Source: Takakia lepidozioides (taxonomy: Eukaryota > Plantae > Bryophyta). From it: DNA of 64,000 bases. The stretch spans positions 34,472,001 to 34,536,000 of the forward strand of contig CM060731.1 in the NCBI GenBank assembly GCA_030704615.1. The letters are read 5' to 3'. Below, piece after piece: positions 29,796 to 42,600 of this stretch; within the stretch, counting starts at the first letter, position 1; each line of letters begins with the position of its first letter. The notes under the pieces are model-generated. The model searched no databases and was not told where the DNA came from. It worked only from the letters and a program-made list of their open reading frames with translations. A program made the translations under genes and the position numbers.

Positions 29796-32700
29796 TCAAA
29801 CCTGCAGATACCACTGCCAGGTTTGGGTCAATCCTGCCATCGACATTCGGAAGGTGACATGGCGCACAATTACGCACATGGTCCTTCCAAGTGATGCCAT
29901 CCCGACCCTCCAAGACCAAGACGCCTGAGGGCAAGACCTCTCGAACCCTCAAAATAACACGTCCTGCAGTCACATCCAGGGTCGTAGGAGCAGTCTGCTG
30001 CAGATAGACATAGTCACCAGGGTTGAATCTCCGAACCCCAGGACGATAGCCCCCACCACGTATGGTAGCATACCTCAACGTATCACGGTGTTGTGCAATG
30101 GCAAGGTTCTCGAAAGCCATAGGCATGACTCTCTTGAACAACTCTGCACGCTGCTCACATGCACGTGCCCACACGTCCGGATCGTCAAGGTTAAGAACTG
30201 TAGCAGCTTCTCTGCGAATGGATGTAGGCAAATCCGGCTCTCGGCCAAAGAGAAGAAAGTATGGTGAGAAGGAGGCAAGTGATGCTTGCTTGCTGAACCT
30301 GTAGCCCATGGCTAACCAGGGTAACTGAAGGTCCCAATCTCCTAGGTGTCCCTTCTGCAAGCCATACTTGCGCAAACCCCTCTTTACTGTCTGAACAACT
30401 CTCTCTGCCAAGCCATCGGCTTCAGGATGATCCCGAGAAGTGGTGCGGTGGTCTATCAAGGCCTTGTCACACAAAGCCTGAAACTCCCCCAAGAACTCTC
30501 TCCCTTGGTCCGTGAGTACCTCAGCTGGAGCACCGAATCGGCTAAGCACACAATCCAGGAATGCATACGCAGCTCCCTCACTAGCCTTATCAGGCAATGG
30601 AACCAATTCAATCCACTTGGAGAAGTGCTCCACCATCACCAACACGTACTTGTTGTGGCGCATGGTCAGTGGCAACGGCCCTGCGAAGTCAAGACTCCAC
30701 CTGTAGCCCAATCCCATGATCGGAAGAGGGTGCAATTGTGGAGTAGGGGCGTTGAATGAAGCACGCACCCTGTCACACACCATGCACCTAGCCACAAATT
30801 GTTGCACCTCTGTGTGCATACCACGCCACCAATACTGCCCCTGCAGTAGACTATGAGTGCGTCGCACCCCAAAATGCCCCAACTCCTCATGGGCATGCCG
30901 CACTAACCGTGCCCGCTGTGTTGGGTGAGGCACAATCCTCACTCGACCATCCTCCCACACTCGGAGCAGGTGTGTCCCCTCCCACCTGAACCTCTTGGCT
31001 CGTTGTAGGATCCGATCCCTCTCCTTGGCAGTCATAGTGGCTGCCGTGTCTCCACTGCGGAGGTAGTCCAACACAACTGAATCCTCATGTATATCTTTGG
31101 CGCCACCCTGCTCATTGCTGGCCTCAGGGTCCTCAGACACTTGATCTACAGTCATCCCTGTTGTAGGTCCAACCTGGCCTTCCGCTGCCAAGATACACAG
31201 AAATGCAGATGCATGCCATCCGGGCACCATCTCCTCGTCCGTCTCACCATGCCACCGAGCTCCAGTGTCATCCTGCTGGCTCGTGCATGGATTGCGACTC
31301 AACCCATCTGCATTTCGATTGACCAAACCCGGTCGATGCACCACCTGAAAGTCATACTCTTGAAGGATGAGTGCCCACCGTGCAAGCTTCCCCGTAAGCT
31401 TGTCTGACTCCATCAACCACTTGAGTGGTTGGTGATCCGTGACAAGGGTGAAGAGATTGCCGTATAGATAGCACCTGAAGTGTGCCACGGCCCACACTGC
31501 AGCTAAGCATTCTCCCTCATATGAGCTATACTTAGACTCTGCAGCATTGTTCGAGCGACTAGCATAAGCCACTACGAACTCTCTTCCCTCATCATCCACC
31601 TGTGTGAGCACCGCTCCAAGCCCCAGCATGCTCCAATCTGTATGCAGCTGAAAAGGACGCCCCTGATAGGTCGTCTCAAGATGGGCGCCGAGGTCAACCT
31701 CGCCTTGAGCTCTTGAAAAGCTTGTTCTTGCTCATCTTCCCACTGCCACTCCTGGTCCACCTTGGTCAGCTTGGTTAGAGCCTTTGCAATGGCACTAAAT
31801 CCCTTAACAAACCGTCTGTAATAGTTTGCTAACCCCATGAAAGCTCGAACTCGGCTCACATCCGTGGGACGTGGAACCTGTGCAATGGATTCTACCTTAG
31901 TCTGCTGTACCCCCAATCCTCCAGGATATATCATGTGACCCAGGTACTCAATCTGGTTGTGGAAAAACTTGCACTTGCCCGGATGTAACTTCAATCCGTG
32001 CGTCCTCAAGCGCTCAAATACCCCCTGAAGGTGTCTCTCATGCTCCTCCACCGCAGCACTAAAGATGATGATGTCATCTATGTAGCACCGAGCAAACTCC
32101 ACCCCTGCTAGAATCCTGTCCATGACTCTTTGAAACTCAGCGGGAGCGTTTTTAAGCCCAAATGGTAAGAACCGCCACTGGTATAGGCAATCCTTCCCGT
32201 GCTCATTGATCCCCCAGAATGCCGTCTTTTGCTTATCCGCCTCCTTGATCGGCAACTGGTGATATCCGGATCGTAAATCCAACGTGCTAAAGACCTTGGA
32301 ATGCCCAATGGCATCAAAGATCTCCTCTGGTGTTGGCATGGCATACCTATCGGACTTGGTCTGACGATTTACAGGCCGGTAATCACCGCACATACGTCTC
32401 TCCGTCCAATTGCCATAGACATCCTTCTTAGCTGGCATCACTGTGGCTGAAGCATACTCTCCACCAGAGAGCTCCACCAAACCTGCCTCCCAGAGATCTT
32501 GAGTCCTCATCTGAATCAAAGACCTCTCCATGTCACTGTATCTATAGGGTCTCCGAAAGATTGGCGTGTCAGTGGCCAACTCAATACGGATCTCTTGACC
32601 CTTCAGTGCTCCCAAGTCCTTCAAACTGAAGGCAAAGCAATTCCTGTAAGCCCTCAGGAACCGCCGTATACGTCGTCTCTCTCCTCCGGTGACAATGGGT

Positions 32701-35700
32701 CCAATGCCAGGCTCCCAATTGTCCTCCGTAACTGCAACCTTAAGTCCAGTGGGCTTAGAGGTAGAGGACCCGTCCCGTGGTTGCTATGCTGCAACCTCTT
32801 GAGCAGTACCCCCTTCCTGCTCAGTCAATGACAAAGCCTCATCCTGCCCCATCATCTCATCATTGAGAACCTCCTCATCCCGAGAAGAATCCCCAACCTC
32901 ATCCATCACAGCTGCCTTCGCTGCCAACTCCCTCTGAACCTCGAGCACCTCCCACATGTGCCATGGATGTCTACACCTCGTGGTCCTCACCGGCTCGCCC
33001 CCACTCGCTGCCTGTACCGTCTCGGTAGGCAGAGAGACCGTCAAGGGAAGTGCACTCCGCACTCTACGTTGCTCAGCCATAGCCAAGCTGACAATCCAGG
33101 TCAAGCAATTGAGATCCATTGCTTGCCCCAACACCTGACGACGTGATGCCTCAGAAAGAGAAGGCACCGCCGTGGTCCCAGTGGAAAACCCCATAGCCCG
33201 CTCTCGCTCGTCGGCATTAGGCTCCACTAACTGCTGCAACTGAGCATCCCACAGGAGGCCAGGTCCACCATCCCGAAAAGCATGGGATCCTGGGAAGCTG
33301 AGCAGTGTAGGTAATGCTGCTCGTGGTTGACCCACCCTGTTGACCACTGCCAAAGGCGAACGGTCATCGTGTCTCACACGTTGAGACTGCCTTCCTGTGT
33401 CCAAAATGCCATCCACGGTGAGGTGTGCTGGCCGCTGCCCCCCATCAAATGCACGCTTGAGCAGTGCGGGTGGCATCAAGTTAGTCCACCATAGTCGTGG
33501 ACGATGAGCCCGTGACCCCACTGCAGCTGCATCCAGCAACACTGCTGACCCAAGCCACGACCGGACTTGATGCACACTGGCCATCACCCTGGCCCGAGAA
33601 TCACCCATCAGTGGTACATTCTCCAAGATGTATGCTGGAGATACAGCTTGATGAAGCTGCAAGCAGCGCAAAATCCGCACCATCTCCCAAAACAGACCCG
33701 TCCTCGAGTCTCGTAATCCATTGCCATGCCCGGCTGATGAATGCCCTTGGCAGGGCCAACCTGCCACTATCAAATCAATAGAGCCAACCTGCTCCAAATC
33801 TTGCGCCCCCAACAAGGAAATGTCTGCTGGCAAGGCTTGTTGGTATCCACGAACTGCAGACACAGGCAACAAGTCAGGGTACTGCTGTACCAACTGAGCC
33901 ACATGGCGCAGTGAGACGCGTCGTGCAGTCTCATCCCTCTCCACATACAGGTAACGCCTTACCCGCACACCTGCCTGTAGCACAGCAGCCAATCCGGTGC
34001 TGATCCGCCAAACAAGTCCAGAAGGCAAATGCCTTCATCCGGCCGCTGCCATACAAGAGGTGTGGTGTCCAATGGCGACAACTGAGGTGGCCCTGGTGCA
34101 ATCACCGAACTCTCCTCCTCTCCTGACGGTACAAAAGCTTCTTCCCAAGCTTGTTGCACCCGTCCATCAGCAGCTTGCTGCAAATCTTTGCTCGTACCCC
34201 ACAACGGGGTGTGAGCAACCATGGCAGGCAACTCCGCCGTACCATGCATGTCATCCTGCTCTGCTGGAGGTGGCACATCCTCTGCATAGGCATTGCCTTC
34301 CAGCAACTCTCCAGGCCAGCTGACTGCAGCTGTGAAGGCGGCTAGTGTTGGCATCTTGCCCCGCTGAGCAGCTGCAATACCCCCAATGAATGTCACAGGG
34401 AGCTGTGCACGGCGACCATCCCTGACTGCCATCCAGGCCTGTAGGATGCTGACTCCTCCCAGAAATCCAGGGTGAAGCCCATGGGGTATAACACTGCCCC
34501 ACCAACGAGGACATCGTAAGAGACCGCGTCTGTCACAATGGCCTTGGCTCGCATCACTGAGCCATCTACAGGATGATCCGGCTGCAGTCTAATAGCCAAC
34601 TGATGCCGTGTCATGCCGCGAGCCTGCTCTGATCCTCCCAGAGATGTCTGTATCTGGAAAGGACAAGGCTCCATATCCGCCTCCATGAGGCCCAAACCTG
34701 CAATAGCAGCTCTGCCCAACATCAGTGGCTGAGCTCCTGAGTCCAACAAGACCCGCAGTGGCCGGTACTTCTTGCCTGCCGGTCCACTCAAAGTGAAAAT
34801 GCCTCCCTGGTTGTCTAACAAGACAACTCCAGGTGTCACCATGGCGCGCTCAAAGGCTGGCCTAGCTGGCAGCTCCGTCAATCTGGCAGCTGCAGCTTGC
34901 CAGGGCGCTGCCGTGGCAGTCTTGACCCTCAAATCCGAGGATCCCTCTGCCACTACACCTTCCACTAACTCCGCAGAAGATGAAGTGACCTCTCCACTCT
35001 CACAGAGTGTTGCTGCTAGTCTGAACACTGCAGCTGGTCTCACTCCCGGCGTCGCAATCATGGTTGCCGAGAACAATGGGGCTTGACACACAGAGGTGGC
35101 TGCCCCCAACAACACACCGGCCGCACTAGCCTTGGCAGCAGGAGTCAATGCTGCACGTGTAGCTCTCCCCAATGGCATAGTAACCTCCGCCTCGGTAACA
35201 GTCGGGCGAGAACTAGGTGCCATGGATGGCGTCGACACAGTCTCCGCCAATGTGAATGACTGAGGAAGCCTTGCCTGACGGCTTGCCTCCCCACGCTGTG
35301 GATCCAATTCCACCTCTGCACCTCGTGGCTCAGGAACTCGTGCTGCTCCTCGAGTCACGGCTGCAGCAGACTCCACCTGCTTTAGTGGTAGTGCTGCTCC
35401 GCACATAAATCCCATGCCTCCCATATCTCCTCCCTCAGGAGCAGGAGGTGGACCATCCCGCCTGGGAGCCGGTACCGCCTGAGCTATAGCCATGGCAGCG
35501 AGCCTCTGCTCTAGCTGCTGAAGCCGGTTGGCCATGCCTTGATCAACGCCCTGACCTCCGCGTCCTTGGCCATGTTGAGCTTGCCCTTGGCCTGCACCTC
35601 GTGCCCGACCACCTCGTCCTCTCTGGGCTGGTCCACCTCGCCCCCGGCCACCATTGTTCCCTTGGAACTGGCCTGGGCGCAACTCAGGATGTAAGTCATA

Positions 35701-36986
35701 ACACTGGGCATCTCCATGCCCATATTTGCCACAATGCCCACACTGCAACTGTGCAGGCTGTGCTTGTGCCGGCCTTCTGCCACTCTCTGGGCAATCTCTT
35801 TTGACATGGGGTCCTCCACATGTCCAACATATCACCCCTGGTTGCTGTTGGCCTGCAAAAGATGCCACGGGCCTTTGCACCTGAGGCCCCCTGTAAGCTC
35901 CATGGAACTTGGGCTGGGCAACCTTGCCCCCCTGTCCACGCTGTTGGGCAGTCCCTTGTGCTTGTGGGCTGACAGCTGTGCCCCGTACAGGCATGTCCTT
36001 GCCAAATCCAATTGTAACAACTCGTTCCTCCACCATGTTGAGCTCAATCCGCTCAGCCAGCAGAAACACATCTGCTAATGTGGGTTGGGCTGCTTGTAAC
36101 AGGGTTGCATCTCGCACCCTTCTCTTGAGCTCCTTGTCCAGAATTCCATACCAAAACTGGATTGCCTGAGCTTCAGTAACCCCTTGGGTCACACTTATCA
36201 AGCGCCTCATACGAGTGTACGCCTCTCGCAGGCTCTCACTGGGTTTGCGCTGGAAGTCTTGCAAACTTCGCAGCTTCTCTGTCCGTACACCTTGGTAGTT
36301 CCTCCGCAACTCCTGGAAGAACTCCACCACCGGGTTGAATCTAGGCACATTGTAGCTGTGGCAGGAGGAGTAGTAGCACCTTCTGAACTGGTACCACCTG
36401 CAGAAGTACCAGCACTACCTGCTCCACTACTAGTGCTGGCAGTGGGAGCTATTGGTACTGATGCAGCTACTGGTCGCGTCATGCCTCGAGTAATGGAGAT
36501 GTAGTCAGGTGACCAATACATCCTCCACTCCTCAATCTCTGCTTCATGTCCTCGCCTGAACTCGTGGTAATCGTCCATAGGCGGGCCTTCCAAATGCTGG
36601 AACAGTCCCTTCCACGCCATGAATGGGGTGAATAGATGTGGATTGCGCATCTGCTGCAAATCACACCAGCTGTCGAACTCCTGGATAAAGTCATCCAACT
36701 CGATTGTGCCCACAGCTCCAGAGTACCTACGAGGCCCCTTGGTAGCTCCATACATCTCCTCCATGTCGTCCCACAACAATGGCGAATGAAAGTGCACACC
36801 TGTTGATGAAGCCTCCGAGCCTGTGTCTGACTCTACAGTAATTGAGGGTGGCGGTGAAGGTGGTCTGAACCGAATACCTCGTCTTGTGAACCCACTCTCA
36901 CTGTTACTGCCTGTAGCCGTACTCCCCTCAAAACCCTTGGGTAACTCCGTAATGACACTCACAATGTGCACCTCCTCCAGTGACAC
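29650..36986 (-). CDS. Ty3/Gypsy polyprotein gag-PR-DNMT-RT-RNaseH-IN-PHD (four single-base frameshifts and one in-frame TAG as given)
   Basis: Zinc knuckles CWTCGGPHVKRDC and CGHCGKYGHGDAQC; protease LLDSGA; DNMT motifs; RT LDLRSGYHQ, PFGLKNAP, YIDD; RNaseH ECLAAVWA, TDH; integrase HHCC, SLDF/TDQG/AER; C-terminal PHD. The first in-frame ATG is at 36764; the true start is uncertain. Confidence 0.92.
33080..34035 (-). CDS. DNMT3-like C5 cytosine DNA methyltransferase domain within the polyprotein
   Basis: Motif I LLDLFGG(I)STG, II YVERD, IV IDLIVAGWPCQGHS (catalytic PC), VI YILENV, VIII AHRPRLWWTN, IX ERERAMGF, X RRQVLGQAM, in canonical order. Confidence 0.93.
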
Positions 36987-37498
36987 TATAAGGCTCTAGT
37001 ACTAATCTAATAGTGACACGGGTGGGCACCTGTTGCAGTCTAAGGGTCATATCCCAGTGGCTCAGGGCACCTGCACCTGCATCCACCGCAAGAACTCCTA
37101 TGGTTGGCTGGTCATCAACCCAGCCTCACCATAGAAGAAACACTGGTGGTCTTGCTGGTCATCACTCCAGCCTCACCACCGACAGCATACTCTAGGATTG
37201 ACCGGTGATCAAATCCGGCCTAATCCCTATGAAAGCAAGCGCCCACACAAAACCAACATGGCGCACAGTCAAGCATGCAGGTGTTGGGGGGGATCCAAAC
37301 ACAAGAAATCAAAACATCAACACCCCCACACCAAAATCCAGCTGCAATGCTGATCCTGCAGAATATCCCAGCCCAAAACCCCGGACTGACTGGCCTCCAC
37401 CAAGAGAGGCTTTGGCAACTACAAGTATAAGGTAATGAAAATAGTACAGAGATGGAGGGGAAGAATAGAAGCCCGACCAAGCAAGATCTAATCCTGAT

Positions 37499-38247
37499 CT
37501 ATGCTATCAACTGCCAGACTTCTCTCAAAGTGCCTCGCTCTGCATGATGGTAAGGTGTAGGAGGTATATCTATGTCCAGAAACCTGCCACTAACCTTGTC
37601 CCAAGCTACAGTAGCTCGCTCTAACCAACCCTCCTCCTCTTTCTGCCAGGTAGAGACAAAGCAATACTCCCCTATCTCCCGCTCACTGAACACTAAAGAA
37701 AACAAAGGTAGGGTCTGATAGTCTCTCAACTCGAAAGCTTTGAGACGGTTGCGGGTGTCCTCATTGCGAATGACTGCATCTCCTTCACGCACAACAAACA
37801 TGTCATTGCTGATGAACCCCCGCTCATGGTTGCCCTGTGCAGAGCGTATCCGGCTGCAACCATGTCTGATTGCACAAACTTGTGTAGCTCCTGCTCCTCT
37901 GCTCCAGTACACCACGGCCTTGTGACTGAACACCTTGGTCCCCGGGCTGTCTTTGGCTGTGTTCCAAGCCTAGCTTTCACCCACTTTGGTATTTCACCTA
38001 CAGCTGCAGAACTGCTGGCTCCAACAGAGTTCTGACTGTCCAAGGCGATATTGAGGCCCTCAATGCCAACTACAGCAGTCTGTTGTCTACTGCTAATGCC
38101 TGACTCCCAGTATGCAATCAACTCGTCCAACTGTTCTCCACTCAAATCAGTCTGAGTTCCTTGGGAAACATAGATCCTGTCCCCTTGTGTGCACAGGCTA
38201 AGAGAAGAGACCTGCCCTTCAATTACGTCCTCATTTCCCCCAGCCAT
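37499..38247 (-). CDS. Extra ORF (~250 aa, one frameshift near 37940) upstream of gag in element 2; function unknown
   Basis: ATG-initiated ORF 38247-37726 overlaps ORF 37933-37499. One extra base near the GGGG run would join them into a plausible protein. No recognised domain. Confidence 0.5.
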
Positions 38248-38503
38248 ACAGGGAGTACATCCACAGGTTTGTCTCTCATATAGGCCAGCACAGGTTCTAG
38301 AAACAAGATTGTGGATATTTTATGGCACACTCCCACTCTAAAAATTCCATAGATCTTTAGCAGAGTCCCAAAAACAGAAACCAGGTCTAGGTAGGTAGAT
38401 TTCCCCTTTCTGCAGCTATTCCCCCAAAAACTGAGTCAAACAGAGTCCATTTGACAAAGATATGACCAACCAGGCTCTTTAAACATTTAAATTAGATCAA
38501 AAG

Positions 38504-38545
<42 letters not shown>

Positions 38546-39645
38546 CTTAATACTTGTCTAGGTTCCCTGGTTATCTACGGGTTCCCGAGGCCGTTCCCCG
38601 ACTATGCTGACTCCAGGGCTTTGATCCTTTGCGCTTGAACCAAGTAGCTCCCTGACCCACGCTCATATCACCAGTACACACCCCTGCTCGACAGGCTTAG
38701 CACCCCATAGGCTTCCCTCAACCTCTACACTCTAGTGAAACAGGATACGACCAGGGTGAGCAACAAAAGACGAAGGCTCTGCTCAGTTTAGGCTCTGCTC
38801 TGCTCTGCTCTGCTCTGCCAGGTTGGACCTAATCGAAGGGGACGAAGGAGTCAGCGACGGGGGGTGCTATTCCGTGAGCCTGGAGGCGTGAGCCTGTGAG
38901 CCCAGGAAAGCGTGAGCCCAGCACAGGCTCACGCCACGTCAGCATGCAAACAGTGCCTATTTCCGCGGATGTCACCTATTTCCGAGTGGGGTCACCTATT
39001 TCCGCGGGTTGATGTGGGGAGAATTGAGAATTGAGAACAAAGTGGTTTGTTTGTTTTTGCAATGTACTCAAGTCTGTGAGGTCCACAAAACAACAAATAT
39101 ATTGAAGGAACAATCCGGGCAGTCCATGCAACCCCCATCTCCAACAATAGTTTGGAACCATGAATGTGAATTCCATGCACACATTGCAAAGAGGACAATA
39201 AGGACACACAACCATCCCATTTCAAATTTGTCCCAGAATTAAACCAAAAGAATACTTCATATCAAGTGTCGCAGTCATCACAATCAATGTCCACCTCCTG
39301 TGCTATGTCATCTACAAAGATTCTGGCCCCAACACCACGTGTTCTACGAAGGCCATCGCAAGGTGGACTCTGAGTGCCATGAACGGACATGCTTGCTGCG
39401 AGTGCCTCCGCATAGACAGGTAGCACACAAGACCGAGGAGGACTGAAAACAAGTCCAAATAGGTGTGATAGCCCAGGAGGGCAAGTGGAAGCACGCGGAC
39501 TCCTACACATGTCCACAAAATTCCATTTTTAACACAATGATGCAATGCACAAGTCCAACGAAGAGGATGTCTCCCATTTGCACTTTGCCTCAAGAACAGC
39601 GATTCTCGATAATGAAACAACAATGCAAGCATGCACAGGTTCAAC

Positions 39646-42600
39646 TTACTCACAGGCAAAGTCGGAGTCCAGCTCCTTGTCAGAAGTCTCCTCTGTACCA
39701 GTATCAGCGGGACGGGGCTTCGGAAGGACCTGAGAAGTGTGTCCACCCAAACCCATCAGGAGGTTCTTGTAAATCTCAGCATCCCCTTCAATCCCAAAGA
39801 CATGTCGCGCACTGGCCTTGCAAGCGTGGTACGAAGCACCTGCAGTGGAATAGAATGAAGTAAGCAGACATTGAAGACACATTCGGAACGGTGGAAAGTG
39901 CTGAAAGTGCAAGCTCAATCAAACCTCATGAAATGTGAATGTTGAAGGGACGAACCTGTGCCCATCGACAAATCCAGAACTCTGGCGTCTGTGTAGGTGC
40001 AGCACTCCACAATCGTTTGAATGAAAGCCGGGCTCCTCTCCCTCGCCCCTCTCCAAGGAACCCCATTCCCCCTTCGCAAGCACACGTTGCTGTCGACGTA
40101 GTTGTGATGCATGTCATCCGTGGGAGGATCTGTCCTGTCATCTATGAACTTGCCCCCGTGAGTGATGGCAAACTCCGTAATGCCGGCCGGAGTCGTTGGT
40201 GGATGCACCCGGACGAGACAAACAGCTTCAAACAGACGAGTCTGCGAACATGACATCCAGAAGGAACTAAGAACCAAAATAAAATCGGGCCCCTACATAT
40301 GAGTTTGAGCGACCTACACAACACAATCCCAGAACAAAAAAGAAGAGGAAGAAGAAGGGAAACTCACCATCTCTCCCGGACGATCCCCCTTCGTAAGGTA
40401 CATGCTGTTCACACAATTCCATGTCTTCAGGACTCTCATGCCCGAGGCTTTCAAATAGCTGGCAAGGGCACGGCGACACCGAACATCGATGGACTGGATG
40501 AGAACCAAAACACCTGCATCGGAAAGGAAGAAGTTGCAAAAGGAAAAAACCCACCGCCAGTAGCGCTCATCAAATGCATTCCAACCCGGACAAGCACCCG
40601 ATGGTGGGATATCCGGGACTGCCAACCCATCAGGGATGTCCAAGATGATGAGTTCCGCTGCATATGGCTTCTCCTTCCCGTTCACCCACGATTTGGTCAT
40701 TTTAGCCTGCAAACAAAAATACAATGGAATTCTGACAAGTTTATAAACGATCCATGCCCACAGCAGACAAAGAGAGCAGAAGCCACAGAACCCAAAGAGA
40801 ACACGCACCGTGCTGAGGAACTCGACAATCCTCTCCCACACTGGTGATGGCTCGCCCTTGTAATCAGATTTCTTCGACTCCATCATGGCAAGGAACCCGA
40901 CGTTGGCAATCTCCAACCTGGTTGGACGAATGACCCTCGTGGGATGTTCCACTGCATGGTACGGGTCCTTGGGATCAACCACACCCTTGTTTTTTCTCCC
41001 GGATCCCCTACCATGCGGTGGAGTCTGCTGGACATGCTCCACAGGGCCAATAGCTGCAACACTTCCCTGCCCTTGTGCCACCTTCCCTCTACCCCTTCCC
41101 GTCCCCACAACACCAGCAACATCTTTTCCCTTTGCCTTTCTTCCTCTACCCGGGGTATCCTGAGCGGGAGGCTCCTTCTCTGCAAGAGTCCTCAGATTAC
41201 GCTCATGAATGTCGAGGTCCGCTGCTGCGGCAGTGGCTGCAATACGGTCATTCTCTCTCCTCAAAGACAACTCTACAGCTGGGGTCTCTGAAGGAGGGCA
41301 ATCCAAATACCAACCACAAGAAGAAAGATGGTCCGGACCCCAGTCATGCAAGATCCCAGCAGTGAACATGGTCTGGTTGCCAGCAGGGACAAGCCAAAGG
41401 TCCACGAAATCTGGATGTTTGTCCAAGCAATTCTCTTCCAGGAGAACAAACTTAATGTACCTGCACGAACAGACACAGCCTCATTATCCAATGCACATAT
41501 TGTGTCCCAGCTTTTTCAACACACCAGGAAGACCCCCTTAAACAGTATGCCACACAACACATTGCAACCACAACACAAGCAAAGAGTGCAAGGGTGTGCA
41601 CCTGTAAAGGCATCGTTTCCAGGCTTCCTCTCCTTTTTCCTGCTGGTCAAGCTCATTTGTTCGACTGATGCCACCCTCCTTGCTGAACTCTCTAAAGAAA
41701 CCAGAGTGCCACACTGTGGCTCTCCATTTCCTCATGTATGCTTCGAAGGAGACCTTCGGAGCTGTCATAGTGATGCCATAGTCAGCCAGCTGAGTATGCA
41801 GAACCGATCGGGCCCTTTCTTCCAACTGCAAAAAAATTGAAATGGAAGAATGAACCCAAAAACAGTCACAGCGAATGTAAGAGGCAATGGGAAGAGAAGG
41901 ACAGGAAAAGAGAAAAGAAAGTGAGATACGAGAGGACATCACACCTGGCTCCAGTAAGTGGCCTTGTGAAGCCAGTTGTCCAGCACATTGTCACTGACAG
42001 GAACGACACGCTGGGTCTTCTTCTCCTTCTCTGGCCTTGGGAACATGTGGGTATCCCTAACTGTGGGATCGGAGTTCCATATCTGCAGCCACTTCACCTT
42101 CTGTTCAGAAGACACGACGGCGGTAGACAACCTGTGCAACTTCTCCTGGGCCATCTCCGGCTTGCCTGGCTTGTTATAATGGTTTTTTATCTCCAGCAGA
42201 AACTGCGGCCCGAATGATGGGTCGGCCATTCTCAACTGCTTCACAAAAGCACTCATTATTGTCCTTCTTGTAGCGTTCATCTCCTTCTGGATGTGACTTT
42301 CAACTCCCTTTGCTGTCCTTCTCTCCTCAGGGGTAGAGCTGTAGTATTCCAGTTTGCCACGCTCCCCTGCATCTGCAATGTCTTGCTGCAAGAGAGTTGC
42401 ATCAATCCAAGGTCAAGGGAGACAGAGAGAAACAAACATGTGGAAGCAGGAATATGGAAAGGCCAGATGAAGGAAGATGTATCTCACCGTGTACATGTAC
42501 TCCATGAAAGCCTCACGGGTCAACGAGTACCATGTTTCCGAAGTCTTGGAGCTTTCGCATTTCTTATACATCTCTGCCGAAAGGATGGTCTTGAAGTTGG

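Noticed and set aside
32784-34028. Host DNA methyltransferase gene
   Set aside because: It is intronless, in line with protease and RT, and present at the same position in two retroelement copies.
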